Assembly: GCF_009914755.1 (NCBI RefSeq)
Contig: NC_060936.1
Length of the DNA stretch: 64,000 nucleotides
Direction: 5' to 3' (one strand)
DNA from: the human T2T-CHM13v2.0 reference genome, Homo sapiens
Every line of letters starts with the position of its first letter. Position 1 is the stretch's first letter. The notes below the pieces were generated by a model. The model did not search any database, was not told the DNA's origin, and saw only the letters and a program-made list of their open reading frames with translations. Positions 14,925-28,256 of the stretch are shown piece by piece. A program made the translations under genes and the position numbers.

Positions 14925-15250
14925 CTATATTCATATGGTGCACACTGTTAGGCAAACCGATTAAAACCCAGGACATATTTAATGAAAGAGGGAGAAAGGT
15001 GAGCAGATATTTACGGCACAATATTGCAAGTGCTATACTGAGGGTTTGGGAAGGTGTTACAGAAATGCAAAGAAAGAAGAAGGGCCAAACTTGAACGAGA
15101 ATGGTCAGGGAAAGGCTCGGCGAGGATATGATAGTGAGAAATAAGTAGGAGACCAGTAGGAAAACAAGGGAAGGGAAGTTGTACCAGGCAGATGAAGCAG
15201 CACGTTCAAAGGCTTGGAGGCACAAGAACATGGTGCAATCAAGAACATGC
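14925..15250 (-). mobile_element. L2 fragment
   Basis: caagtgctatactgagg...ggtcagggaaaggct...caaaggcttggaggc L2-like; abuts the 3' end of the ZCCHC3-like fossil. Confidence 0.55.
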
Positions 15251-17203
15251 AAGCATCCGCTCTCCTTGTTCTATTTCCTGCAACCCTATATGAATTTGCT
15301 TTCATGTAGTAAGATTTCTGTTGTGTAAGCTTAATCTCCTTTGATATTTCTTTGATAATACTTTCATCATTTTTCTTCTTATGTCCATAGACTTCATCCT
15401 CTACTCTGGCATCATCTTCATAGGTTGCCCTTTGTATTCTTAAAAATCTTTTCAAGTGGGATCACCTTTTCCAAAAGCCTGTCAAGAGGTCAGGTTATGT
15501 TTAACCAGGACCCTCCCATGTCTACTGTGTTAATCCTTCTTGCTTGCAAATATTAGGAGAGCCAGGAACATTCACAAAGCTGGTCTTTTTTATTTCTCAC
15601 GACACATTGACACATCTAACTCACTTTTTCCTTCTCCCACAATTCATTCCCCCACTCCAGGTGACATTCTTCCCCTACTGATGAGTGTCAAAACATCCCA
15701 AGCCTATCCCTTCAGGTGTGTTGACCTCCCTCTTTACATTATAGTAAAGTGCTTGTGCTTAATAGTAAATTCCATTCTGCTTCCAACACGGCAAGCAGTG
15801 CTTTCCTACACTTGTACGATTTTATTTAGGCCCCCAAGACCCTTTCAACTAGATCTTTCTTTCTGGAATCTAATGTCTCCTCTTGTCAGATAGTCCTTTT
15901 TCCTGGAACTTGGGTTTTATCCACAGAAAGCCTGTTATGTTTGTCTGTTTTTCCAGCCTTTCCTCGTATTTCTTCTGTGTGTTCTTATGCCTTTCCTTTC
16001 CTTGTATGCCTTTGCTTGTGTTCTCTGATGCTTTTTTTTTTTTTACTCGCAATCTTTTCTTTAATCTTCTGTGGACTTCAAACACAGGTCCGTGTTTGAA
16101 AAGGCAGTGGTTTCCCTTTCCTCTGCAAGAACCATCTTCTCCAGGCACCTTTATCTTGGCTCTTGCTCTTCCGACTAGCTTATTTAAATTCCTGCTGTAC
16201 CTTTCAATCCATTTTGAGAGAAGTATAAATAATATGTAACATTGATAACATTTTCCTCCATTCAATCAACAATAGTTTACCAACACACACACATACCCAA
16301 AATACCCAATGACAACCTCTTTTTAGGGTCCATCCATTCAAAAACACATACCCTGTGCTAAACCTCTCATGCTACCTTTTCCTTATCTGAGACTTTTCTC
16401 CAAGCACTTTCTTCTCATGTGATTTGTCAACACACATATAAAGGACATCTCTGGCTGTTCCAGCAACAGCCAGAACTTGTTTCTGTTCTGGATTAAAAGC
16501 AGCTGGAAAGTAGAATGCCCATGTTCACCTTGACAGCTTTCTGTTCCATACTTATGTTTCCCTATCCTAATGCCAAATTTCTCTGCTGCTGTTAATGAAA
16601 CTTTACTACATCATAATGGGATTTTTCAATGAAATTGCCATATGACCTATCTCCTGTGTTACAGTCTTGAAGAGAACTAACAGCCTTTGGCTTTAACTTG
16701 CTTGGGGAAATCACCAGTGCCTGCTGCTTTTTCTCCTGATACAGCCTACAAAATATATCCATTTTCTCTATCATCTGAGGTTCACATCAAACTCTTTATT
16801 TCTGTGGATTTGAATTACTGCAAATATGTCTCCTGGGTTCTTCCCAATTGAACTGATAATTAGGGTCCTGCCACATAGTCCCTCTCCAGGCAACAGCTCT
16901 CATCCATTATGAAGTAAGTCCACAAAAAAAGTCTTTCAAAATCCTTCCACTGCTTTCCCCACGATTCCTGAGTTGATTTTCCTTATCTTCTCTCTTCTTT
17001 CTGTCCTCTTCCTAATGGAAGATAAAATAGACAAATTGGCACTTTTTCCCCTTTATTCTCTTCCTCAAGCTTCTTTTTTCTCCTCTATATCTTTCTCTAT
17101 TTTTCCTACGGCTTTGCCTCTCTAACTGCAATTCTTTGCCTTTTTTTGTGTCTTCTCTCCTTTTTTAAGTGTCCCATTTGCATTTGCTGTTGACAGAGGC
17201 CAT
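15250..17203 (-). pseudogene. Degenerate ZCCHC3-like / Tx1-type ORF1 (CCHC zinc-knuckle) pseudogene with two tandem modules
   Basis: Manual minus-strand translation across frameshifts gives RLFLWTYFIMDESCCLERDYVAG, LIISSIGKNPGDIFAVIQIHRNKEFDVNLR, IEKMDIFCRLYQEKKQQ, KFGIRIGKHKYGTESCQGEHG and EQPEMSFICVLTNHMRRKC. These are collinear with the ZCCHC3 C-terminal half as recalled. A second, weaker copy lies at 16172-15590. Multiple stops and frameshifts. Confidence 0.8.
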
Positions 17204-17268
17204 GGCAAGCTAGAGCCAAAAGTAGAGAAGCTGGCTTTGGCCCCCTCTGACCTCCCTAACACTGCACT

Positions 17269-17612
17269 CATTCATTCATTCATTGAGACAGGATCTCAGT
17301 CTTTTACCCAGGCTGGAGTGCAGTGGCAATCATAGTTCACTGCAGCCTCCTTATAACTTCTGGGCTCAAGCAATCCTTCCACCTCGGCCTCTGGAATAGC
17401 TGGGATGACCGGTGCACACCACCATGCTGGGCCAATTATTTATTTTTTATTTTATGTTATGTATTTATTTATTTTTATTATTTTTTATTTTGGGGGGTGG
17501 AGACAGGGTCTTGTTTTGTTGCACAGGCTGGTCTCAAACTCCTGATTTCAAGAGATCTTCTGCCTTAGCCTCCAAAAATTTTGGGAGTACAGCATGAGCC
17601 ACTGTGCCCAGC
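17269..17612 (-). mobile_element. AluJ with (TTCA)n tail
   Basis: Diverged Alu dimer (gggctcaagcaatcc); TSD-like cctaacact on both sides. Confidence 0.88.
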
Positions 17613-18890
17613 CCCTAACACTCCTTTAAATAGCTCTTCTCTCCTCACCATCTTCTGTGTGACTTGCCTTAGTCTATCCCATGTCTTTCATGTCCTCCTT
17701 TTTGGTTCCCCTCCCCCCAGTGTTGGGACCCCTTGGCTCACAGATAGATTGTGTGCCATCCTCACTGATAGGTAAATAGACATTTACAGTCAATATTGCA
17801 GTAGACAAAGAAGATATTATTTATCCATTTTAATGGTGGGAGGAGAACATGCTCAGAGTGCACCTAGGAGCTGATTAGTGGCAGAACTCAGGTCTGCTGG
17901 GCATTCCCCACAGCTCCTCTTTTATGACAGCTCCCTGACAAGAAGGAAAACTTTCCTTGGGTAATGACATCTCCAAATTGCGTGGCCATTCCTATTCCCT
18001 CCAGAGATTTCTTCTTGGATACTATTGTCCCAGAACTAAAAAGAGAAAAATACTCTTTGGATAGAACAACATCCTAGCTTCTGAGCTTTCTGCATCAAGA
18101 CCCCATTTTCCCCATGATGTCCTCTCAAGTTAATTAGGATGCACTAGCAGAAGTAGCTACAGAGTGACAGAACTTCAGGATACAAAGTCCTTGCAGTCAT
18201 TGAGTATCATTAGTAAAAAGGTAATGCTGCTCTGTCAGGAAGCCTGTGTATAAATCATTCAGATACATATCTCTGCCACTAAAGATTATGCTTCTCAGAG
18301 TTAAAAGTACTAAACAATGCCTTCCAAGGTTTATCTGCCACTGTTTTTCATGAACGCTCCAGGATCAAGAGCACACTTTCTGGCATATTGCTTTAAAATG
18401 CCTCCTTTCTAACTGTGCAGGTCAAATCTGCATTGTTATTTAGAAATACATGTTGCCCATATTTCAAAATTACTTGGTATCCACACTTACATTTACATTT
18501 TAACAGAAGATAATACTGGTTCCCATAATCCAAATCACTATGAGGCAGCTTTATCCCAGAGCCTCAAAGTCAGGTGAGGACAGGAAAGTAGAATGTTTAA
18601 AATTGGATTTGACCCAGAAAACCGAGGACATGTGGTTGACAGAGGGAGAATGTTAAAGTGACAAAGCAACTTGGTAAAAGGTTTGTCTTTGGACGCCATC
18701 CCCAAACTGTTCTCCATTAGTTTCTTTCCACTTCGCATGTCCTTAGGCAATTGGCCATTTGCCTGGATTCCTACTTAGCCCTCTACCGAGAGCAGCACCC
18801 AAGCTATGGGGCTCACCTACCATCTTCCCCATTTTTCACCATTTCCATTGACTTAGAGAAATCATCCATATTCCAAGAAAATGTCAACTA

Positions 18891-19211
<321 letters not shown>

Positions 19212-19223
19212 AACTAAAATTTC

Positions 19224-21321
19224 TCTTTTTTTTTTCTTCAATCCCTCCCTGCCTCCCTCCCTCCCTCCCTTCCTTACTTCCTTTCTTCCTTCCTTCTTCC
19301 CTCCCTCCCTCCCTTTTTTTTTATTATACTTTAAGTTCTAGGGTACATGTGCACAATGTGCAGGTTTGTTACATATGTATACATGTGCTGTGTTGGTTTG
19401 CCGCACCCATTAACTCGTCATTTACATTAGGTATTTCTCCTAATACTATCCCTCCCCCATCCCCCGACCCCACAACAGGCCCGTGTGTGATGTTCCCCAC
19501 CCTGTGTCCAAGTGTTCTCATTGTTCAATTCCCACCTATGAGTGAGAACATGCAGTGTTTGTTTTTCTGTCCTTGTGATAGTTTGCTCAGAATAATGGTT
19601 TCCAGCTTCATCCATGTCACTACAAACAACATGAATTCATCCTTTTTTATGGCTGCGTAGTATTCCATGGTGTATATGTGCCGCATTTTCTTAATCCAGT
19701 CTATCATTGATGGACATTTGGGTTGGTTCCAAGTCTTTGCTATTGTGAATAGTGCTGCAATAAACATACGTGTGCATGTGTCTTTATAGCAGCATGATTT
19801 ATAATCCTTTGGGTATATACCCAGTAATGGGATGGCTGGGTCAAATGGTATTTCTAGTTCTAGATCCTTGAAGGAATTGCCACACTGTCTTCCACAATGG
19901 TTGAACTAATTTACACTCCCACCAACAGTGTAAAAGTGTTCCTATTTCTCCACATCCTCTCCAGCACCTGTTGTTTCCTGACTTTTTAATGATCGCCATT
20001 CTAACTGTTGTGAGATAGTATCTCATTGTGGTTTTGATTTGCATTTCTCTGATGACCAGTGATGATGAGCATTTTTTCATGTGTCTGTTGGCTGCATAAA
20101 TGTCTTCTTTTGAAAAGTATCTGTTCATATCCTTTGCCCACGTTTTGATGGGGTCGTTTGATTTTTCTTGTAAATTTGTTTAAGTTCTTTGTAGATTCTG
20201 GAAATTAGCCCTTTGTCAGATGGGTAGATTGCAAAAATTTTCTGCCATTCTGAAGGTTACCTGTTCACTCTGATGGTAGTTTCTTTTGCTGTGCAGAAGC
20301 CCTTTAGTTTAATTAGATCCCATTTGTCTATTTTGACTTTTGTTGTCATTGCTTTTGGTGTTTTAGTCATGAAGTCCTTGCCCATGCCTACGTCCTGAAT
20401 GGTATTGCCTAGGTTTTCTTCTAGGGATTTTATGGTTTTAGGTCTAACATTTAAGTCTTTAATGCATCTTGAATTAATTTTTGTATAAGGTGTAAGGAAG
20501 GGATCCAGTTTCAGCTTTCTACATAATGGCTAGCCAGTTTTCCCAGCACCATTTGTTAAATAGGGAATCCTTTCCCCATTTCTTGTTTTTGTCAGTTTTG
20601 TCAAAGATCAGATGGTTGTAGATGTGTGGTGTTATTTCTGAGGGCTCTGTTCTGTTCCATTGGTCTATATGTCTGTTTTGGTACCAGTACCATGCTGTTT
20701 TGGTTACTGTAGCCTTGTAGTATAGTTTGAAGTCAGGTAGTGTGATGCCTCCAGCTTTGTTCTTTTTGCTTAGGATGTCTTGGCAATGCGGGCTCTTTTT
20801 TGGTTCCATATGAACTTTAAAGTAGTTTTTTCCAATTCTGTGAAGAAAGTCATTGGTAGCTTGATGGGGATGGCACTGAATCTATAAATTACCTTGGGCA
20901 GTATGGCCATTTTCATGATATTCATTCTTCCTGTCCATGAACATGGAGTGTTCTTCCATTTGCTTGTGTCCTCTTTTATTTCCTTGAGCAGTGGTTTGTA
21001 GTTCTCCTTGAAGAGGTCCTTCACATCCCTTGTAAGTTGGATTCCTAGGTATTTTTTTCTCTTTGTGGTAATTGTGAATGGGAGCTCACTCATGATTTGG
21101 CTCTCTGTTTGTCTGTTATTGGTGTATAAGAATGCTTGTGATTTTGCATATTGATTTTGTATCCTGAGACTGCTGAAGTTGCTTATCAGCTTAAGGAGAT
21201 TTTGGGCTGAGACAATGGGGTTTTCTAAATATACAATCATGTCATCTGCAAACAGGGACAATTTGACTTCCTGTTTTCCTAATTGAATACCCTTTATTTC
21301 TTTCCCTTGCCTGATTGCCCT
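19224..21321 (-). mobile_element. 5'-truncated L1PA (about PA5-PA7), ORF2 RT/C-terminal remnants, 3' UTR and CT-rich decayed tail
   Basis: ORFs [14 protein letters not shown]..., [16 protein letters not shown]... and [14 protein letters not shown]; L1 3' UTR; TSD ctg(a/g)ccaacta(a/c)aatttc at 19206-19223 and 21322-21339. Confidence 0.95.
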
Positions 21322-21864
21322 CTGGCCAACTACAATTTCATACCATGATGGATGCCATGTTGCCCATTAGGGGGTGAAACAGTGTTTCATATTGTTTTAA
21401 AGGACCCATAGAGATCTAAAGCTTTAGCTAAAGGTAATAAATGGTAGAATTTCAAGTACCTCAGCACACTATAGCATAAAGAATCTTTTGACAAGGACAC
21501 TTTTGGAATTCACTTTTCCCTACTCTCCACTAAAAAGTCACAGTAGTAATTATTTACAAATTCCTCTACTTTCTCTATAGTGGTCCTTCCTAATACATGT
21601 TTCTATAATGACACCTACAATTTTATGTTGAATTTTTGTTTATATGCCTGTTCATGCCAGCATTGAAAAAGCTTCTTAGGGCAAAGACATGTTTTAATCA
21701 TCCTTTGTTTCTAGTTCTTTGTAGCATGACTGGCATATTGAAAACCCAACATAAGGGTTTGACATATAAGACTAAGCTTTACTCATTTTCTACAAACCAC
21801 AGATTTTTAAGTGGATCACTAATTATACTTCTGAAAACACTGTTTAGAAGTCATTTATTTATTA

Positions 21865-22557
<693 letters not shown>

Positions 22558-22860
22558 GTCATTCAGAAAGATGTGAAAGATGAGTGAAAGTTAACTAAGT
22601 AAACGGGAGGGTGGCAAGAGGGCAGAATGTCAAGCAAAAGGAACTGTTTATGTGAAGCCTCTGAAAGTGTAGGTGGCGTGGCACAGTTAATGATATAAAG
22701 AAGGCTTTCCCCTTGTGGCTGTTGCGCAGAGGGAGAAAGAGGCATTTGATGAGGCAGAGGAATAAGTAGGAAATAGAACTTGAAGATTATTCTAAATGAT
22801 CATAAGAATTTGGGCCTTTTAACTCAAGAGAGATAGGAGACCTACTTAAGGATTTTAAGA

Positions 22861-23165
22861 TTTGGTTTTTTGATGTTTTGTTTTTTAGAGACAGGGTCTT
22901 GCTCTGTTGCCCAGGCTGGAGTGCAGTGCCACAATCATAGCTCACTGAAGACTCAAACTCTCGGGCTCAACTGATCTTCCTGCCTCAGCCTCCTGAGTCA
23001 CTGGAACCACAGGCATGCACCACCATGCCCGGCTATTTTTTTGTTTTTTGTAGAGATAGAGTCTGGCTTCATTGCCCAGACTGGTCTCAAAATCCTGGTT
23101 TCAAGCTATTCGCCCTCCTTGGCCTCCCAAAGTGCGGGGATTATAGGAGTGAGATACGATGCCTG
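22861..23165 (-). mobile_element. AluJ
   Basis: Diverged Alu dimer inserted in L2-like sequence. Confidence 0.87.
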
Positions 23166-25091
23166 TTATTTAAAAGGTGACTCTGTCAATTGTATTCTAA
23201 GAGTAAATTTCAGGAAACCAATTAAGAGGGTATTGGAGTAATCTATATGAGAGATTATTTGATCACATGGTGAAGACTATAAGGATGGAAACAAGTGAAC
23301 TTATTGAGAGATTTTATGATAAATAAAATCAGAACTCAAAAGAAGTCAATGATCAACGATCAGTGATAATGCCCAGTTTTCTGGCTTAAGCAACCCCTTG
23401 GATGCTAATATCATTTGTTGAAATCGAGTGAACCAGATTTAGAAGAAAGATCATAAATTCAGTTTTTGGCATTCGAGTCTAAAACGAGTGTGAGATATTC
23501 AATGACTAGTGGACAGTTAGATATAAAAGTCTGGGGCTTAGAGAAAATATCTAAACTAGAGATACAAACTGGAGAATCACTTCCATATTATAACTAAAAC
23601 CATATACTGGGATAAGATTAGTTTATGAAGAAAAGAAGTTAGTTATAACTACACCCTGCAAAGGGAGACCAAGAGTGAGTGGCCAGGGAGGCAGAGAAAC
23701 TAAAATCAGGAAATCATTGTATTATAGAATCCAAGGAAAGAAAGGGAGTCAATAAATTCTGCTGAAAGTTCATGGAAATGAGACCTGCAAAATATTAATG
23801 GTTCGGTAATATGGATGTCATTTGAAATCTTAGTAGCAACTATTTTAATAAAATGATGGAGAGAGAAATCAATGGAACATGAAAAAATGGGGACAGTGAT
23901 TGTAACCAATTTCTTCAAGAAATTTGGCTGTGCAAAGGAGCAGAGAGACATGGCACATGTAGAAAAGAGGATAGTTGAAATAGGAATTTTGTTATGATAA
24001 TAGCGAACACTCACACAGTACATTTTGTGAGCCAGGAACTCTTCTAACTCCTTTTTTACATACTAACTGATGTAATTCTACTGACTCCATCACTATTCTT
24101 CCATTTTAGAGATTAGAAAAGTGAGGCACAGAAGAGAAAGTACATTGCCTGAGGCTTAGTAGGTAATAAGAAGCAGACTTGGGAATTGAACCTAAGTAGC
24201 CTGACTATAGAGTCCATGTTGTTACAAAGTCACTGAGGAATCTTCTAAGCATATTTTAATGTTGAAAGAAAGATCTCAAATGTTATTTTGTCTTTTGTCA
24301 GTAATAAAATATTTGGCACATACTCCCAATATTTCTGTCTTTCTATAAATCATATATATATTGTGCTATACCAATATATGATGTGTTTTATAAAACATAT
24401 AAATGAAACACAATTTTGAAAATATGGGATAAAAGTAAATATAAATAGAAGGTCTAATATTGTCTTCTCATACTCCAATGGATTATCTTATGAAATCTGC
24501 AATGAAGATAACTAAAGAAGAGAGGGAAAGGATAGAGAAAAAGAACTGAGTGCATTTACTGGTTTCGACTACATGTGCAAATTTCCACAAACTCCGTGGC
24601 TTAAAACACCCATTTATTAGTTCAGTCCAGTAAAACAGAGAGAAAAACTAGACAGGTAGCTCTAATAAAGTAAAATCATGGAAATATATGATTTCCCAGC
24701 CAGAAGAACCTTCAGGACTGTGTTATCCAGACCTGTTTTATAAAGACAAGGAAGGTGGATCCCGATGGTTAAGCAGTTGACCACATTTCACCTCCTTCAA
24801 ATCCTTCTTATACAGACATTCCCTGAACTTCCTGTTTCAAATTGCTATCCTTATTCCCCACCTACTTTACATGTTTCCACAGCACATACCTCACCAAACA
24901 TGCCTTTTATTTTACTGTTATTTTGTTGACTTTGCGTGTCTTACTGACCACTGTGCCCAAGTGCCTAGAACAGTGCCTGGCACAGAGGAGGTACCCAATA
25001 AATATCAGTTATACCAAAAAATAGTGAATGAATACACATGGTGGTCCAGTGCTCTTTCCACCACTCTATACTGTACTTTACTGTCACTTTT

Positions 25092-25394
25092 TGTTTGTTT
25101 TTGTTATTGAGACAGGGTCTCGCTCTGTCTCCCAGGCTAAACTACAGTGGCACGATCTCTGCCCACTGCAACCTCCACCTCTTGGGCCCAAGTAATCCTC
25201 CCACCTCAGCCTCCTGAGTAGCTGGGGCTATAGGCACGCATCACACCACACCTGGCTATTTTTTTGTATTTTTTTGTAGAGACAGGATTTCACCAAGTTG
25301 CCCAGGCTGGTCTCAAACTCCTGGGCTCAAGCAGTCTGCCCGCCTCTGCCTTCCAAAGTGCTGGTATTACAGCCATGAGCCACCACACCCGGCC
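25092..25394 (-). mobile_element. AluJ
   Basis: Alu dimer; TSD tactgtcactttt on both sides. Confidence 0.9.
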
Positions 25395-27831
25395 TACTGT
25401 CACTTTTAAGAAGCATTTTGATTTTCTATTTTCATCCTTATTTTGATCACATCAGAATATCTGCTTTTCTGTGAATTATTATTTCTAATGGGACCACAAG
25501 TGTATCAGTTAATCAAAATATAAATTATGGACATCATGAGGAAATTTTGAATTTCTAAATCATAAAGTGGAAATCCATTTTCAATTAAATTACATGAATT
25601 TTACACTTACAGAAGAGTAACTTGGTTTAAGCTGTTCAAGGGGTATAGTACTGTGTACATGCATTCCTGTGCCTAGAACACTCATGCCCTCTTGTGGACA
25701 GGGTTCATCCTGACTTCCTGCCGAACCTTCCTTATCTCAGCTCAGGTAACCGCTCCTCCAGGACACCTATATGTCCCCTGCCCTCCTCCTCCTCCCACAG
25801 ACACCAGCTCTGGTTAAAAGGGGAAAACTAGAAGGCTTGTCTTAAAGCTACATTTGCATGGCCAGCACATTGGTTTTACAAAGAACATGCATTTGGGGTG
25901 GCTTGCAGAAATTTATAACGATTATTGAGGGAATAAATCTCTAAAGTCCCCCTCTCCTTAGTTACTAGACCCTGGAAGGTTTCAATCTTCACCTCCTATA
26001 GCATTTGTGCCACTTCTGTAGTACAGTCAATGCATTATATTTTTACTCATCTAGGTATCCATAGAGCCTAGACTAGAACCTAGAAGAGTCTGTGGTGGAA
26101 CTCAGTAATTATTTTTTAATAAGAAATGAACGAATATAAACCAATGAGTTACAGAGTATGCCTAAAGAATAAGCATCCAAAGATACACTCTCTTTCACCT
26201 GAACAATTTACTATACATTTGTAGACTAGGCCAGATTCAGTCTTTCTAGCCTGAACACATTACACAGCAACATTTCACACTGTGACCATCTGGTCCATTA
26301 GATGTAAATACCGATTTGGCAGATACTTCAGGAGTATGAGAGTAATGCAGGAATAAAATGAAGTTGAAAAATGCTACCACCCAAAAGATATATTTAAAGC
26401 CACATATTATCTTATTAAAATTAAAAACCTAACATTGTCCTTCATATAAGTGAAGACTGTTTTAGTATTTTTACTAATGGGGACTATGCAAATGGTCTGA
26501 ATTTTCATTTGAGAGATAATTGGGTCTCCATTTGTATGTCACCTCTAAACAAGACTCCCAACCTCAGAGAAAAACCATCTACTCATCAAAGAATCTGTTG
26601 CCAATTTAACACATAGAAAAATCTTCTTACAATTAACATAAATAGAATGTCCTTTTAAAATGTCACAGCATTAATTCAGGTACTTTTGAAAAACTCACTC
26701 AAGAGTACAGTGTTTCCATCAAATGTATGAACTTAGCCCCATTTGCAAAGGTCACTAAAATGAACCCATCTTTTTCCACATAAAACGATGTATGGGGCTA
26801 CAGAGCCATTAAATAAATATTCATTTTAAATCAAGCTTTTTATTTATCCATTGGAGATGACCTCTGTTCTAATTATCTATAATGCTTTTCAAAAAGGAAA
26901 GGTATTTTTGTCGTTGTCTAGTAAATCATTAATTTGTGTCTATTCAATGGCTGCATTTTTTTAAAAATAATGAAATTATCAAGCTGCTCAGAACAAAGCT
27001 GCCTTCTGATTGTCAGCTGTATATTCTAAAAGAGCAGGTAAATTTCTCTGAATCTCACAGCTGGAACTTTTCTAACACTAACTGGCAGTTTCCACCTAGT
27101 GATCAAGGCAATTGACTAAAATAAATTACACATAAAGCTGAAATTCCTAATAGTAATAAGGCCCCTTCATGAGATAATCACACCAGCAAAAGCACTCATG
27201 TGTTGGCTGCAACCCTACAGGGTCTTGAAATTATCTTATAAAAGCTATACCTCCAGAAATGGTTTTGTTTCTAGTTTCATGACAGGGCTAATATGACAGT
27301 GTCCATAGCACTAGGTACAAAGGAGGAGCTCCAAACAAAATTCGTTACTTGACTGGATTAAAATGGAGACACTGTTGTTAAAGCACTAACATCAGTGCTA
27401 TTTACAAAGCAGATGACTGGTGAGGACCTCATTTCAATACAGTCAACTGACAATTATTTCGAAGCTTTTATTATGTGCCTGGAGCTAGGCATAGAAAAGT
27501 AGTATATAGTCCCTGCTCTTCTGGAGTTTAAGGTGAGTTGAGCTCACGTGTAAGAAATAAATAGGGAAAAAGTAATCTCGAGGCACCATTCTACCAGCTA
27601 TAAAGCAATTGCTAGCAGAAATCCAAGTGGGCTAGAATAGTAAGGAGGTTTTTTTGTTTGTTTGTGTGTTTGTTTTTTCTTTTTTTTTTTTTTTTTGAAC
27701 ATGGACTAGGGCTTAATGGTTAGGAGTAATTTGATTAGGCAGAAGGGAATAAAGGATTGCAGATGGATTTTCCAACTAAGCAAAAGTCTGGTAACTGGAA
27801 GGAATATAGCTCACAGAGAAATAGTGATTGC

Positions 27832-28256
27832 TGTAGCAAACTTCCCAATCTTTGTACCATCTTCATGACCAATGCATTTATTAACTGGGCTGTCAGGAGT
27901 GTTGATGGCTTATAGCTCATAACTGAGTTCCCCCTTCCTGGCATCACCCTCAGCTGAAAAGATGCTCACCCAAGATGTAGGAGCAGCCCACATCCAATGT
28001 TTGGGGGATTCAGGATGATAAAATCTCATCCTTGTTGCCCCATTTCCAAATATCTTTGAAGAACTCTCCCAGCTCCAGAGTTCCCCATAGAATTGACTGA
28101 GGTCTTGATGTAACTGTATCACAGCCCAACTTCTCAACCTGTGTAATCCTGATTCCCTCACTCCCAAAGAGGGGTTGATCTAAAGGACACACCCCTATAA
28201 ACCTCATGTTGAAAATCTGCCTGAGTCTGCTTCCTCAGAGAACTCAACATATGACA
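27832..28256 (+). mobile_element. ERVL LTR16-family solo LTR
   Basis: cagctccagagttcccc...gactgaggtc...aactgtatcacagcccaacttctc...ataaacctc...tgaca matches the recalled LTR16 3' half. Confidence 0.65.

Noticed and set aside
15420-15720. Apparent FAM111-like protease or CR1 endonuclease resemblance
   Set aside because: Only scattered weak matches; the collinear ZCCHC3-like interpretation explains the region better.
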